Source: Planctomycetota bacterium (lineage in GTDB: Bacteria > Planctomycetota > B15-G4 > SIAN01). From it: a stretch of 64,000 nt of DNA. The stretch covers positions 192,001 through 256,000 of the forward strand of contig JANNXA010000055.1 of NCBI GenBank assembly GCA_031409275.1, given 5' to 3'. A program made the translations under genes and the position numbers. Below, piece by piece: positions 1-9,008 of the stretch (positions within the stretch are counted from its first letter, which is position 1; each line of letters begins with the position of its first letter). Below the pieces are notes generated by a model. The model saw only the letters and a program-made list of their open reading frames with translations, searched no databases and was not told where the DNA came from.

Positions 1-1116
1 CCGCAGCGACTTCTCCAGTGCGTGCGCACGCTCGGGCATCCCATCCTTCTTGACCAGCGGCAGCAGCGCGACCTTGGTCGGCGCGAGCCGCGGGTGAAGC
101 TTGAGCACGACGCGCGTCTCGCCTTCGACGACGTCTTCGTGGTAGGCGTCGACCAGGAACGCCAGCGTGGCGCGATCGCAGCCGGCGGCAGGCTCGATCA
201 CGTACGGAACGTAGTGCTCCTTGGTCTGCTCGTCGAAGTACTGCAGGTCCTTGCCGCTCACCGCGGCGTGGCGCTTCAGGTCGAAGTCGGTGCGCGAGGC
301 GACTCCTTCGAGCTCCGACCAGCCGAACGGGAAGAGGTACTCGACGTCGGTGCAGCCGTTGCTGTAGTGGGCGAGTTCGTCGCTGGCGTGGTCGCGCAGG
401 CGCAACTTGGCCGCGTCCATGCCGAGGTCGATGTACCACTGATGGCGCAGGCGCCGCCACTCGGCGAACCACTTCTCCCACTCCGCCGGCGGCACGAAGA
501 ACTCCATCTCCATCTGCTCGAACTCGCGGGTCCGGAAGATGAAGTTGCCCGGGGTGATCTCGTTGCGGAACGACTTCCCGATCTGCGCGATGCCAAACGG
601 CGGCTTCTTGCGCGCCGACTGCTGCACGTTGACGAAGTTGGTGAAGATGCCTTGCGCGGTCTCGGGGCGCAGGTAGGCCACCGACGCCCCCTCTTCCACC
701 GGACCGAGGAAGGTCTTGAACATCAGGTTGAAGCGGCGCGGCGCGGTCAGCTCGCCGCCGCACTCGCCCGGCTTCTTCGACGGCTTCTCGAGGCAGCGGG
801 CGTCGTCGAGCTTGTCGGCCCGGAAGCGCCCCTTGCACTTCAGGCAGTCGACCAGCGGGTCGGTGAAGTTCTCGATGTGGCCCGACGCTTCCCAGACGCG
901 CGGGTGCTGGATGATGGCCGAGTCGAGCCCGACGATGTCGTCGCGCTCGCGCACCATCGACGACCACCAGGCGTCCTTGACGTTGCGCTTCAACTCGACG
1001 CCGAGCGGGCCGTAGTCCCAACTCGAGCCGATGCCGCCGTAGATCTCGCTCGCTTGGAAGACGAAGCCGCGTCGCTTGCTGAGCGACACGAGCTTCGACA
1101 TCAGGTCATCGGCCAT
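1..1116 (-). CDS. glyQS: Glycine--tRNA ligase, alpha2 (eukaryote/archaea-like) type; 3' part runs off the window
   Basis: Manual reverse translation from ATG at 1116 gives [51 protein letters not shown], the classic GlyQS N-terminus. It is absent from the ORF track because its stop lies outside the window. Confidence 0.95.
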   Translation of the reverse strand, partial: MADDLMSKLVSLSKRRGFVFQASEIYGGIGSSWDYGPLGVELKRNVKDAWWSSMVRERDDIVGLDSAIIQHPRVWEASGHIENFTDPLVDCLKCKGRFRADKLDDARCLEKPSKKPGECGGELTAPRRFNLMFKTFLGPVEEGASVAYLRPETAQGIFTNFVNVQQSARKKPPFGIAQIGKSFRNEITPGNFIFRTREFEQMEMEFFVPPAEWEKWFAEWRRLRHQWYIDLGMDAAKLRLRDHASDELAHYSNGCTDVEYLFPFGWSELEGVASRTDFDLKRHAAVSGKDLQYFDEQTKEHYVPYVIEPAAGCDRATLAFLVDAYHEDVVEGETRVVLKLHPRLAPTKVALLPLVKKDGMPERAHALEKSLR

Positions 1117-1316
1117 GGTGCGTTCCCGGGGGGGCGGCGCCAGCGCGGCGCGGTCGTGCAGGCCGGACGGAGGGCACTCCCCCGGCGGAAAGGCGGAGCA
1201 TTTAAGGTGCGGTCGCGCCGCCGATCAACCGTCGCGCGGCTCTCGCGGCTTCTCCGCGGGTGTCGGCCGACTTATCCTATCCGCCCTTCCCATCACGACT
1301 TCCAACCGACGTCACG

Positions 1317-2474
1317 ATGTCTACCGCGACCTCTTCCACTGCGCTCGCGCCGCTCCAGTCGATCCTCGACCGGGTCGCGGCAGGCGTTCGCCTCGATCGC
1401 GACGACGGCCTCGCGCTGCTCGCTTGCGAGGACCTCTCGCTGCTCGGCGAACTCGCCACCTTGGTGCGCGACCGCAAGCGCCCCGAGCGGGTCGTCAGCT
1501 ACATCGTCGATCGCAACATCAACCCGACCAACATCTGTGTCGCGCGCTGCTCGTTCTGCGCCTTCGACCGGCTGCCGGGCGACCCTGAGGGATACGTCCT
1601 CAGCCACGAGCAGATCTTCGCCAAGGTCGACGAGTTGCTCGCCGTGCCCGGCGTCGACGAGCGCCTGCTCGCCCGCGGCGGCGTGCAGGTGCTGCTCCAG
1701 GGCGGCCACCACCCGAAACTCGGGATCGAGTGGTACGAGGAGTTGTTCCGGGCGCTGCGCGCGCGCTACCCGAAGCTGCACGTGCACGGCCTCTCGCCCT
1801 CCGAGATCGTGCACGTCGCGAAGCTTTCGCACCTCGACGTCGCGACGGTCGTGCGCCGCCTCGCGGCCGCCGGCCTCGACAGCATTCCCGGCGGCGGCGG
1901 CGAGATCCTCGTCGATCGGGTCCGTCGCGCCATCGCGCCGGGCAAGGCGATGACCGACGAGTGGCTCGGCGTGATGCGCGAGGCGCATGCCCAGGGCATG
2001 AAGACGACGGCCACGATGATGTACGGCCACGTCGAAACGCACGCGGAGCGCATCGAGCACCTGTTGCGCCTGCGCGAACTGCAGCATGAATCGCTGGCGC
2101 GGCCCGCCGCGCCGGGTCGGCGCCAAGGGGCATTCACCGCCTTCATCTGCTGGCCGTTCCAGCCCGGCGGCAGCGAGCTCGAACTGCCGCGCAGCGGCGC
2201 CAACGAATTCCTGCGGATGAACGCCGTCGCCCGGCTGATGCTCGACAACTTCCCGCACCAGCAGACCTCGTTCGTCACGCAGGGCGACAAGCTCGGCCAG
2301 CTCGCGCTGTTCTTCGGCTGCGACGATTTCGGCGGCACGATGCTCGAAGAGAACGTCGTCTCGGCCGCCGGGACGCAGTGCCTCATCACCATCCAGCAGA
2401 TCGAGCACTGCATCCGCGCCGCCGGCTTCGAACCGATCCGCCGCAACATGTACTACGAGAGGGTCGACGCATGA
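1317..2474 (+). CDS. mqnC: Cyclic dehypoxanthinyl futalosine synthase (radical SAM, CofH/MqnC family)
   Basis: YIVDRNINPTNICVARCSFC (CxxxCxxC), LLQGGHHP, SIPGGGGEIL, DDFGGTMLEENVVSAAG; adjacent to mqnE and mqnA. Start at ATG 1317. Confidence 0.9.
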   Translation: MSTATSSTALAPLQSILDRVAAGVRLDRDDGLALLACEDLSLLGELATLVRDRKRPERVVSYIVDRNINPTNICVARCSFCAFDRLPGDPEGYVLSHEQIFAKVDELLAVPGVDERLLARGGVQVLLQGGHHPKLGIEWYEELFRALRARYPKLHVHGLSPSEIVHVAKLSHLDVATVVRRLAAAGLDSIPGGGGEILVDRVRRAIAPGKAMTDEWLGVMREAHAQGMKTTATMMYGHVETHAERIEHLLRLRELQHESLARPAAPGRRQGAFTAFICWPFQPGGSELELPRSGANEFLRMNAVARLMLDNFPHQQTSFVTQGDKLGQLALFFGCDDFGGTMLEENVVSAAGTQCLITIQQIEHCIRAAGFEPIRRNMYYERVDA

Positions 2475-3643
2475 CGCCCGGCGCTCCCTCAGTCGCACCG
2501 GAGCTGGCGTCGACCACGCACGAGCTGCGCCTCGACGGTCGCGCGGCGCTGCTGCCCGGTGGCCACGACGCGCGGCTGCGCGCGATCGAGGAGTGCGTGC
2601 GCGGCGGTGGACGCCTGACGTTCGACGACGGCTTGTTCCTCATGCGGACGCCGGCGCTGCACCGCGTCGGCCGGCTCGCCAATTGGGTGCGCGAGCAGAA
2701 GCACGGCGATCGCGCCTACTTCGTCGTCAACCGCCACCTGAACCCGACCAACTTCTGCGTCTACGACTGCAAGTTCTGCGCGTTCTATCGGCGCGCCAAC
2801 GACCCCAACGGCTACCGCATGGCGCTCGACGACGTGCGCCGCATGGTGCGCGACGAGTTCGAGCGCGAGCTCACCGAGGTCCACATCGTCGGCGGCATCG
2901 ATCCGAAGCTGCCCTACTCGTACTTCATCGATCTGCTGCGCGTCATCAAGGAGGAGCGGCCCGACCTCCACCTGAAGGCGTGGACCATGATCGAGATCGA
3001 GTGGTTCGCGCGGATCTCGAAGAAGAGCATCGAAGAGGTCATCGACGACCTGCTGGCGGTGGGGCTTGGCTCCTGCCCCGGTGGCGGCGTCGAGGTGCTC
3101 TCCGATCGCGTCCACGCCGAGATCTTTCCCGACAAGCTCTCGCCCACGCAATGGCTCGACACCGCGCGCCGGGTCCAGGAGCACGGCGTCCGCATGAACG
3201 CGACAATGCTCTATGGGCACATCGAGACCGACGAAGAGCTCGTCTCCCACATGGTGCAGGTGCGCGAGCTGCAGGACGCGACGCACGGCTTCATGACCTT
3301 CATCCCGCTGGCGTTCCACCCGGCGCACACCGAGCTTGCCCACCTGCCGGGCCCGACCGGCCTGCTCGACCTGCGCACGATCGCCGTGTCGCGCCTGATG
3401 CTCGACAACGTCGAGCACATCAAGACCTACTGGATCATGCAGGGCATCGGCGTGGCGCAGGTCGCGCTGCGTTACGGCGCCGACGACATCGATGGCACCG
3501 TCGTCGAGGAGAAGATCACCCACGACGCCGGCGCCACCACCCCATTCGGAGTGACCCGCACCGAGTTGATCCGCTTGATCCGCGAAGCCGGTCGCACGCC
3601 CTTCCAACGCGACACGACCTACTCCCGCGCGGCACCCGTGTGA
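2471..3643 (+). CDS. mqnE: Aminofutalosine synthase (radical SAM)
   Basis: NRHLNPTNFCVYDCKFC, FIPLAFHP, HIKTYWIM, GADDIDGTVVEEKITHDAGA; ATGA overlap with the mqnC stop. Confidence 0.92.
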   Translation: MTPGAPSVAPELASTTHELRLDGRAALLPGGHDARLRAIEECVRGGGRLTFDDGLFLMRTPALHRVGRLANWVREQKHGDRAYFVVNRHLNPTNFCVYDCKFCAFYRRANDPNGYRMALDDVRRMVRDEFERELTEVHIVGGIDPKLPYSYFIDLLRVIKEERPDLHLKAWTMIEIEWFARISKKSIEEVIDDLLAVGLGSCPGGGVEVLSDRVHAEIFPDKLSPTQWLDTARRVQEHGVRMNATMLYGHIETDEELVSHMVQVRELQDATHGFMTFIPLAFHPAHTELAHLPGPTGLLDLRTIAVSRLMLDNVEHIKTYWIMQGIGVAQVALRYGADDIDGTVVEEKITHDAGATTPFGVTRTELIRLIREAGRTPFQRDTTYSRAAPV

Positions 3644-3651
3644 GCCTGAAG

Positions 3652-4455
3652 ATGCAGAAGATCCGCATCGGAGTCGTGGATTTCGTCAACGCTCGGCCGC
3701 TGGTGCACGGGCTCGATCGCGAACGCGGCGTCGAGCTGGTGCGCGGCCGCCCGGCCCAGCTCCAGCAAGCGCTGCGCAAGGGCGATCTCGACGTCGCCTT
3801 GATCTCCTCGATCGAGGCGTTCCGCGCGCCCGAACTGAAGATCCTGCCCGAGATCGCGATCTGCTCGGAAGGTCCGGTGAAGAGCGTGAAGCTCTTCCTG
3901 AAGAAGCCGCTCGATCAAGTGGAGAAGGTCGCGCTCGACGCGGGCAGCCGCACCGGCGCGGCGCTCGTGAAGATGGTCTTCGCCGAGTTCCTGCTGAAGC
4001 CCGGCGTCGTGTCGGTCGAAGTCGAGCCCACCCTCGATCCGTCGAAGGTCGACGCCGACGCCGTGCTGCTGATCGGCGACGCGGCGCTGAAGGCGAAACC
4101 CTGCGCGCTCGAACCGCTCGACCTCGGCTGGTTCTGGACCGACCGCACCGGCATGCCCTTCGTCTACGCGGTGTGGGCCTGCAAGAAGCCCAAGGCGTTC
4201 GATGCCGCGCTGCCGCTGCTGATGCGCGCACGCGACCGCGGCCTGCTCGAGCGATCGAAGATCGCCGCCGTCGCCGCCGAAGAACTGCAGCTCCCGGTCG
4301 CCGGCCTCACGCAGTACCTGACGCGCAACCTGCGCTACCACCTCGGCGAGCGCGAGATCAAGGGACTCGAGCGCTTCCGCGACATCGGCGTGACGCACGG
4401 ACTGTGCAACCTGCACGACGTCCCCTTCGCCACGGTGCGCCTCCAGGCCACCTGA
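3652..4455 (+). CDS. mqnA: Chorismate dehydratase (menaquinone futalosine pathway)
   Basis: RIGVVDFVNARPL, GPVKSVKL, DAVLLIGDAAL, DLGWFWTDRTGMPFVYAVWA. C-terminal part of ORF 2593..4455; start is GTG 3640 or ATG 3652. Confidence 0.9.
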   Translation: MQKIRIGVVDFVNARPLVHGLDRERGVELVRGRPAQLQQALRKGDLDVALISSIEAFRAPELKILPEIAICSEGPVKSVKLFLKKPLDQVEKVALDAGSRTGAALVKMVFAEFLLKPGVVSVEVEPTLDPSKVDADAVLLIGDAALKAKPCALEPLDLGWFWTDRTGMPFVYAVWACKKPKAFDAALPLLMRARDRGLLERSKIAAVAAEELQLPVAGLTQYLTRNLRYHLGEREIKGLERFRDIGVTHGLCNLHDVPFATVRLQAT

Positions 4456-4576
4456 ACGCGGCACGCGGAACAGCGCGCCGCTATCATCCTGCGCCACATC
4501 GCGCGCGCGGCCTCTTGGCGGGGGTCGGGCGCGCCGCGCCGAAACGGGCGCCACGCGACAGCAGGGAGGGGATTCG

Positions 4577-6277
4577 ATGACCGACAAGGTCGCCGAGCAG
4601 CACGGCCTTTTTCAATCGAACGACGCGACGCCCGCCGGCAAGCGCAAGTCGGCGCGCACCGAGGCGCCCGCTCCGGCTGCGGCGCCGCTCGAGCGCAGTG
4701 ATGGTGGCGGGGCCGGCGGCGACACCGTCGCGCACCGCCTCGCGACCAAGCAGCGCGAGATCTCCGTCTCGGAGTTCTTCACCAAGAACCGCCACCTGCT
4801 CGGCTTCGACAACCCGCGGAAGGCGCTCCTCACGGCCATCAAGGAGGCGGTCGACAACTCGCTCGACGCCTGCGAGGAAGCGGGGATCCTGCCCGACGTG
4901 AAGATCGAGATCCTGCCGACCGCGCGCGAGGATCGCTTCCGCGTCGTGGTCGAGGACAACGGCCCGGGCATCGTGAAGCAGCAGCTCCCCCACGTCTTCG
5001 CGCGGCTCCTCTACGGCTCGAAGTTCCACGTGCTGAAGCAGCAGCGCGGACAGCAGGGCATCGGCATCAGCGCCGCCGCGATGTACGGCCAGCTCACGAC
5101 GGGCAAGCCGCTGTCGGTCATCTCGCGCATCGGCAAGTCGCACCCGGCGAACTACGTCGAGCTCAAGATCGACACCGCGCGCAACAAGCCGGAAGTGCTG
5201 CGCGAGATGGAGACGGACTGGGACAAGGAGCACGGCACGCGCATCGAGCTCGAGCTCGAAGCGAAGGTGCAGAAGGGCAAGCAGTCGGTCGACGAGTACC
5301 TGCTGCAGACGGCCATCGCGAACCCCCACGTGCGCCTCGAATACAAGGACTGGGAAGGGGTCGTCGTCGTGCACGAGCGCGCGACGCAGACGCTGCCGCC
5401 GCAGCCCAAGCAGATCCAGCCGCATCCCTACGGCGTCGAGGTCGGGATGCTCGGCGGAATGATGAAAACGACCGAGACGAAGAAGCTCGCCGCCTTCCTG
5501 AAGAGCGACTTCTCGCGCGTCAGCGCGCGCGTCGCCGAGGAGATCTGCGAGAAGGCGAGGGTCTCGCCCGATGCGCGACTCACCGGACTCGAGCCCGAGC
5601 AGATCGAGCGGGTCCATCAGGCGATGAGCGAGGTGAAGATCCTCGCGCCCGCCACCGACTGCATCGTGCCGATCGGCGATGCCGGGCTGATCGCCGGCAT
5701 GAAGAAGGTGATCAAGGCCGACCTCTACCTCGCCGAGACGCGCACGCCGAAGATCTACCGCGGCAACCCGTTCGTCGTCGAGGTGGGCGTCGCCTATGGC
5801 GGCGAGCTGCCGGCCGAGGAACCGGTGCGCGTGGTGCGCTTCGCCAATCGCGTCCCGCTGCTCTACCAACAGGGTGCGTGCGTCTCGACCAAGGCGATCA
5901 TCTCGACCGACTGGCGCGGCTACATGCTGCAGCAGCCCAAGGAGTCGCTGCCGGTCGCGCCGATGGTGATCGTCGTCCACCTCGCGTCGGCCTGGGTGCC
6001 GTTCACTTCGGAAGCGAAGGAGGCGGTCGCGCACTACCCCGAGATCCTGAAGGAGATGCGCCTCTCCTTGATGGAGATGGGCCGCAAGATCGCGACCCAC
6101 ATCCGCAAGACGCGCCACGCCGCCGACGAGGCGAAGAAGCGCGACTACATCGACATGTTCCTCCCGACCGTCGTCGACGCCCTGAACGAGATCCTCACGC
6201 TCGATCAGCCGACCCTCGACAAGACCTCCGGCAACCTGCGCGACATCCTCGAAGCGTCGCGCAAGAAGATGACGTAG
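4577..6277 (+). CDS. top6B: DNA topoisomerase VI subunit B (GHKL ATPase, H2TH, transducer)
   Basis: EISVSEFFTKNRHLLGFD, KEAVDNSLDACEEAGILP, EDNGPGI, YGSKFH, RGQQGIGISAA, RFANRVPLLY, VPFTSEAKEAVA; GGAGG RBS upstream. Confidence 0.95.
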   Translation: MTDKVAEQHGLFQSNDATPAGKRKSARTEAPAPAAAPLERSDGGGAGGDTVAHRLATKQREISVSEFFTKNRHLLGFDNPRKALLTAIKEAVDNSLDACEEAGILPDVKIEILPTAREDRFRVVVEDNGPGIVKQQLPHVFARLLYGSKFHVLKQQRGQQGIGISAAAMYGQLTTGKPLSVISRIGKSHPANYVELKIDTARNKPEVLREMETDWDKEHGTRIELELEAKVQKGKQSVDEYLLQTAIANPHVRLEYKDWEGVVVVHERATQTLPPQPKQIQPHPYGVEVGMLGGMMKTTETKKLAAFLKSDFSRVSARVAEEICEKARVSPDARLTGLEPEQIERVHQAMSEVKILAPATDCIVPIGDAGLIAGMKKVIKADLYLAETRTPKIYRGNPFVVEVGVAYGGELPAEEPVRVVRFANRVPLLYQQGACVSTKAIISTDWRGYMLQQPKESLPVAPMVIVVHLASAWVPFTSEAKEAVAHYPEILKEMRLSLMEMGRKIATHIRKTRHAADEAKKRDYIDMFLPTVVDALNEILTLDQPTLDKTSGNLRDILEASRKKMT

Positions 6278-6287
6278 GAGCCGCCCG

Positions 6288-7439
6288 ATGGCGAAGGACG
6301 ACAAGAAGAGCCGCAAGCACGCGAGCGCCAACCCGGAGCTCGACAAGGTCACCGTCAAGTGCATCGATCGCGCGGCGACGCGCGTGCTCGACTCGATCAC
6401 GAAGAAGAAGCAGCCGGAACTCAAGTTCCCGGTCCGCTCGCTCTCCAACGTCGACTACGACGTGAAGAAGGGCTTCTTCGAGCTCGGCGAGAACCTCTCG
6501 ACGCGCACGCTCACCGTCAATTCGGTGAAGACCTTTGCGCAGACGCTGAAGCTGATGTCGCTCAGCAAGCAGATGGTGCTGGAGAACAACTCCGCCACCA
6601 AGCGAGAGGCGTACTACGTCAGCAAGAACTGGAAGGACGCTCGTTTCGACGAGCAGACCGAGTCGGACACCGTGATGGACGACGTCGAGGCGATGTTCAG
6701 CCTCGATGGCGTCACCCGCGAGCAGCTGCGCTTCGTCCCGGACGAGCACGGCGGTGCGGTGGCGGGCGAGCTGATCGTCATCGACCGCGACCCCAACTCG
6801 CACGAGCCGATCGAGATCGACTGCACCAAGTTCGGCACCGGCGCCTACACGATCCCCTCGTCCGTCGAGCACCTGAAGTTCCGCACCAACGCCAAGTTCG
6901 TGCTCGCCATCGAGACGGGCGGCATGTTCCAGCGCCTGCAGAGCAACGGCTACCCGAAGGATGCCCACTGCATCATCGTCTCGATGGCCGGCGTGCCGAC
7001 GCGCTCGACGCGCCGCTTCCTGCGCCGCCTCACCGATGACCTCGACCTCCCCGTCTACGCCTTCGTCGACTGCGACCCCTACGGCATCGCCAACATCTAC
7101 CGCACCTTGAAGGTCGGCTCCGGCAACGCCGCGCACATCAACCAGTTCTTCTGCGTTCCGCGCGCGCGCTTCCTCGGCGTCACGCCGCAGGACATCCTCG
7201 ACTTCAAGCTGCAGGACGCCACCCACCCGCTGCAGGAGGTCGACGAGAAGCGCGCCAAGGATGCGCTGAAGAACGACCCCTTCTTCAAGAAGAACAAGGC
7301 GTGGGTGCGCGCCTTCGAGCAGATGCTCTCGATGAAGGTCCGCGCCGAGCAGCAGGCGCTGACCAAGTGGGGACTCAATTACGTCATCGACGAGTACCTG
7401 CCGCGCAAGCTGAAGAGCCCGGGCACGTTCCTGCCGTAG
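6288..7439 (+). CDS. top6A: DNA topoisomerase VI subunit A (Spo11-like)
   Basis: TKREAYY catalytic-Tyr motif, QTESDTVMDDVE, TOPRIM motifs IETGGMFQRL and FVDCDPYG, KVRAEQQAL; AGGAG RBS; 10 bp after top6B. Confidence 0.95.
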   Translation: MAKDDKKSRKHASANPELDKVTVKCIDRAATRVLDSITKKKQPELKFPVRSLSNVDYDVKKGFFELGENLSTRTLTVNSVKTFAQTLKLMSLSKQMVLENNSATKREAYYVSKNWKDARFDEQTESDTVMDDVEAMFSLDGVTREQLRFVPDEHGGAVAGELIVIDRDPNSHEPIEIDCTKFGTGAYTIPSSVEHLKFRTNAKFVLAIETGGMFQRLQSNGYPKDAHCIIVSMAGVPTRSTRRFLRRLTDDLDLPVYAFVDCDPYGIANIYRTLKVGSGNAAHINQFFCVPRARFLGVTPQDILDFKLQDATHPLQEVDEKRAKDALKNDPFFKKNKAWVRAFEQMLSMKVRAEQQALTKWGLNYVIDEYLPRKLKSPGTFLP

Positions 7440-7462
7440 TCAGCGGGAGGGCGGGATGGCAA

Positions 7463-9004
7463 TCACTCCGTCTTCATCACGATTCCGTCGACGTCGATCG
7501 TCCCCTGGTCCACCGTCAGGGTGAGCCGCGTCTGGAATACCGGGTCGGCGGGCGCGGCGGGCGCGACGGCGGTGACCGTGTACTCCGCCCATTCCGTCGT
7601 GACGTCAAGCGAACGGGTCTCGCTCTTCAGCGGCGCGCTGCCCTGCTCCTGATCGCGGAAGTCGATCGTGAGCAGGAGCCGATCGGCGGGCGACGCGCCG
7701 CGCAGCCGCAGGGTCACGGTCACCGTCTGCCCGTCACTCGCGGGATTCGGCTGATGGACCGTGCTGCCGGCATCGAGGCGCAAGTAGCAGCTTCCCTCGT
7801 ACGCCCGCGCCACGTCGACGACCCGAGCGACCCCCGGGTCGTCGCGATAGCGCCAGCCGAAGCCGCCGAACGGCGCGATCGCCTCGAACCCACCGTTCGC
7901 GACATCGCCGCCGCTGCCAAAACCGCTCATCACGTCGAGCGGCTGCGCTTCCCAGCCGAGGCGCGCGGTGAGATGCGCAACGAGATAGGCCGCCGCGCCC
8001 GCGTGGTCGTACTCGCAACCGTGGTATCGCTCGAACAGCCAGGGAAACGTCGCGAAGGAGACGTTTCGATCGCCGTAGCGCGCGACGACATCGCCGGCGT
8101 AGTTCGCCGGCTCGCGCTTGCTCCAGCCGCGCGAACAGAAGAGCACGATGTGCGCGTCGGAATGAGCTGCTCGCAGCCGATCGAGCAGCGCAACGTAGCG
8201 CTGCTTCACCTGCGCCTTCCCGACCTCGAAGATGTCGTTCGACCCGAGGTCGACCACCACGACGTCGGCGGGAAACTCGGTGAAGTCCCAGCTCGGCGCC
8301 GGATCGTCCCGAAAGCGGCGGTCGTAATGCGTCTGCATCGCGGCGATCGTCTCGCCCGAGATCGAAACGTTGTGGTAGTCCGCGGCAAAGGCGCGCGCGA
8401 CGATCCCGGCGTAGCTCAAGTCGCAGCCGACGTGCTTCCAACCGCTCGCGTTGCGCTCGCTGGTGAGCGAGTCCCCAGCGACGCCGGAATCACCGTAGAA
8501 CTCGATCCGTCGCATCGCCGCTGGGGGCGGCTCGAGCAGCGCGAAACCCTGCAGGGCGAGCCCGTGCAGCGTGCTGCCGCTGCCGGCATCCGTCTCCTTG
8601 ACCAGCTCGACCCGGTGCACGCCGGACGGCAGGTCGGTCGCCAGATGGTAGCTCACCGCCCCAGGCGTCGCGGCGAAGCGGAGACCGTGCGCGCGATCGC
8701 CGTCGACGATGACGCGGAAGTACTCCGTGGCGCTGCCCGCGTCGAGCACGACCGACGCCGCGCTCCCTTCAAACATGAACTCGAGGCGCGCGCCCTGCCA
8801 ACCGACGCGCGGAAACTCGGGGTCGGTGAAATCCCAGCGCCCGACGTAACGCAGCAGCGGATCGGCCGGGCGAATCGAGAGCAGGATCGGCTGCCGATCG
8901 TGGTTTCCGATCGGAGCGGCGAGTGGCTGCGCACTGCCGCTGCGACAGCTGACCGACACCACGCCGAGGCAGACACTCCCGCCCGCGGCGAGAATCCACT
9001 TCAT
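7463..9004 (-). CDS. Putative lipoprotein: CE2-like SGNH/GDSL carbohydrate esterase with C-terminal CBM-like domain
   Basis: Lipoprotein-like signal (VSVSC), CE2-type N-terminal YVGRWD, IEFYGDS block I, DLGSND block III, C-terminal NGGFE beta-sandwich. Confidence 0.65.
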   Translation of the reverse strand: MKWILAAGGSVCLGVVSVSCRSGSAQPLAAPIGNHDRQPILLSIRPADPLLRYVGRWDFTDPEFPRVGWQGARLEFMFEGSAASVVLDAGSATEYFRVIVDGDRAHGLRFAATPGAVSYHLATDLPSGVHRVELVKETDAGSGSTLHGLALQGFALLEPPPAAMRRIEFYGDSGVAGDSLTSERNASGWKHVGCDLSYAGIVARAFAADYHNVSISGETIAAMQTHYDRRFRDDPAPSWDFTEFPADVVVVDLGSNDIFEVGKAQVKQRYVALLDRLRAAHSDAHIVLFCSRGWSKREPANYAGDVVARYGDRNVSFATFPWLFERYHGCEYDHAGAAAYLVAHLTARLGWEAQPLDVMSGFGSGGDVANGGFEAIAPFGGFGWRYRDDPGVARVVDVARAYEGSCYLRLDAGSTVHQPNPASDGQTVTVTLRLRGASPADRLLLTIDFRDQEQGSAPLKSETRSLDVTTEWAEYTVTAVAPAAPADPVFQTRLTLTVDQGTIDVDGIVMKTE

Positions 9005-9008
9005 CCGT

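Noticed and set aside
22..1953. 643-aa plus-strand ORF
   Set aside because: Antisense shadow of glyQS running into an off-frame part of mqnC; no recognisable motifs.
2593..3639. Long N-terminal extension of MqnA in the ORF track
   Set aside because: Off-frame overlap with mqnE; MqnA homology begins at about 3652.
4577..7439. Topo VI-like genes as a defence or plasmid system (Wadjet JetD, Topo VIII)
   Set aside because: Both subunits are canonical, separate Top6B and Top6A; no SMC/Jet genes or mobile context nearby.
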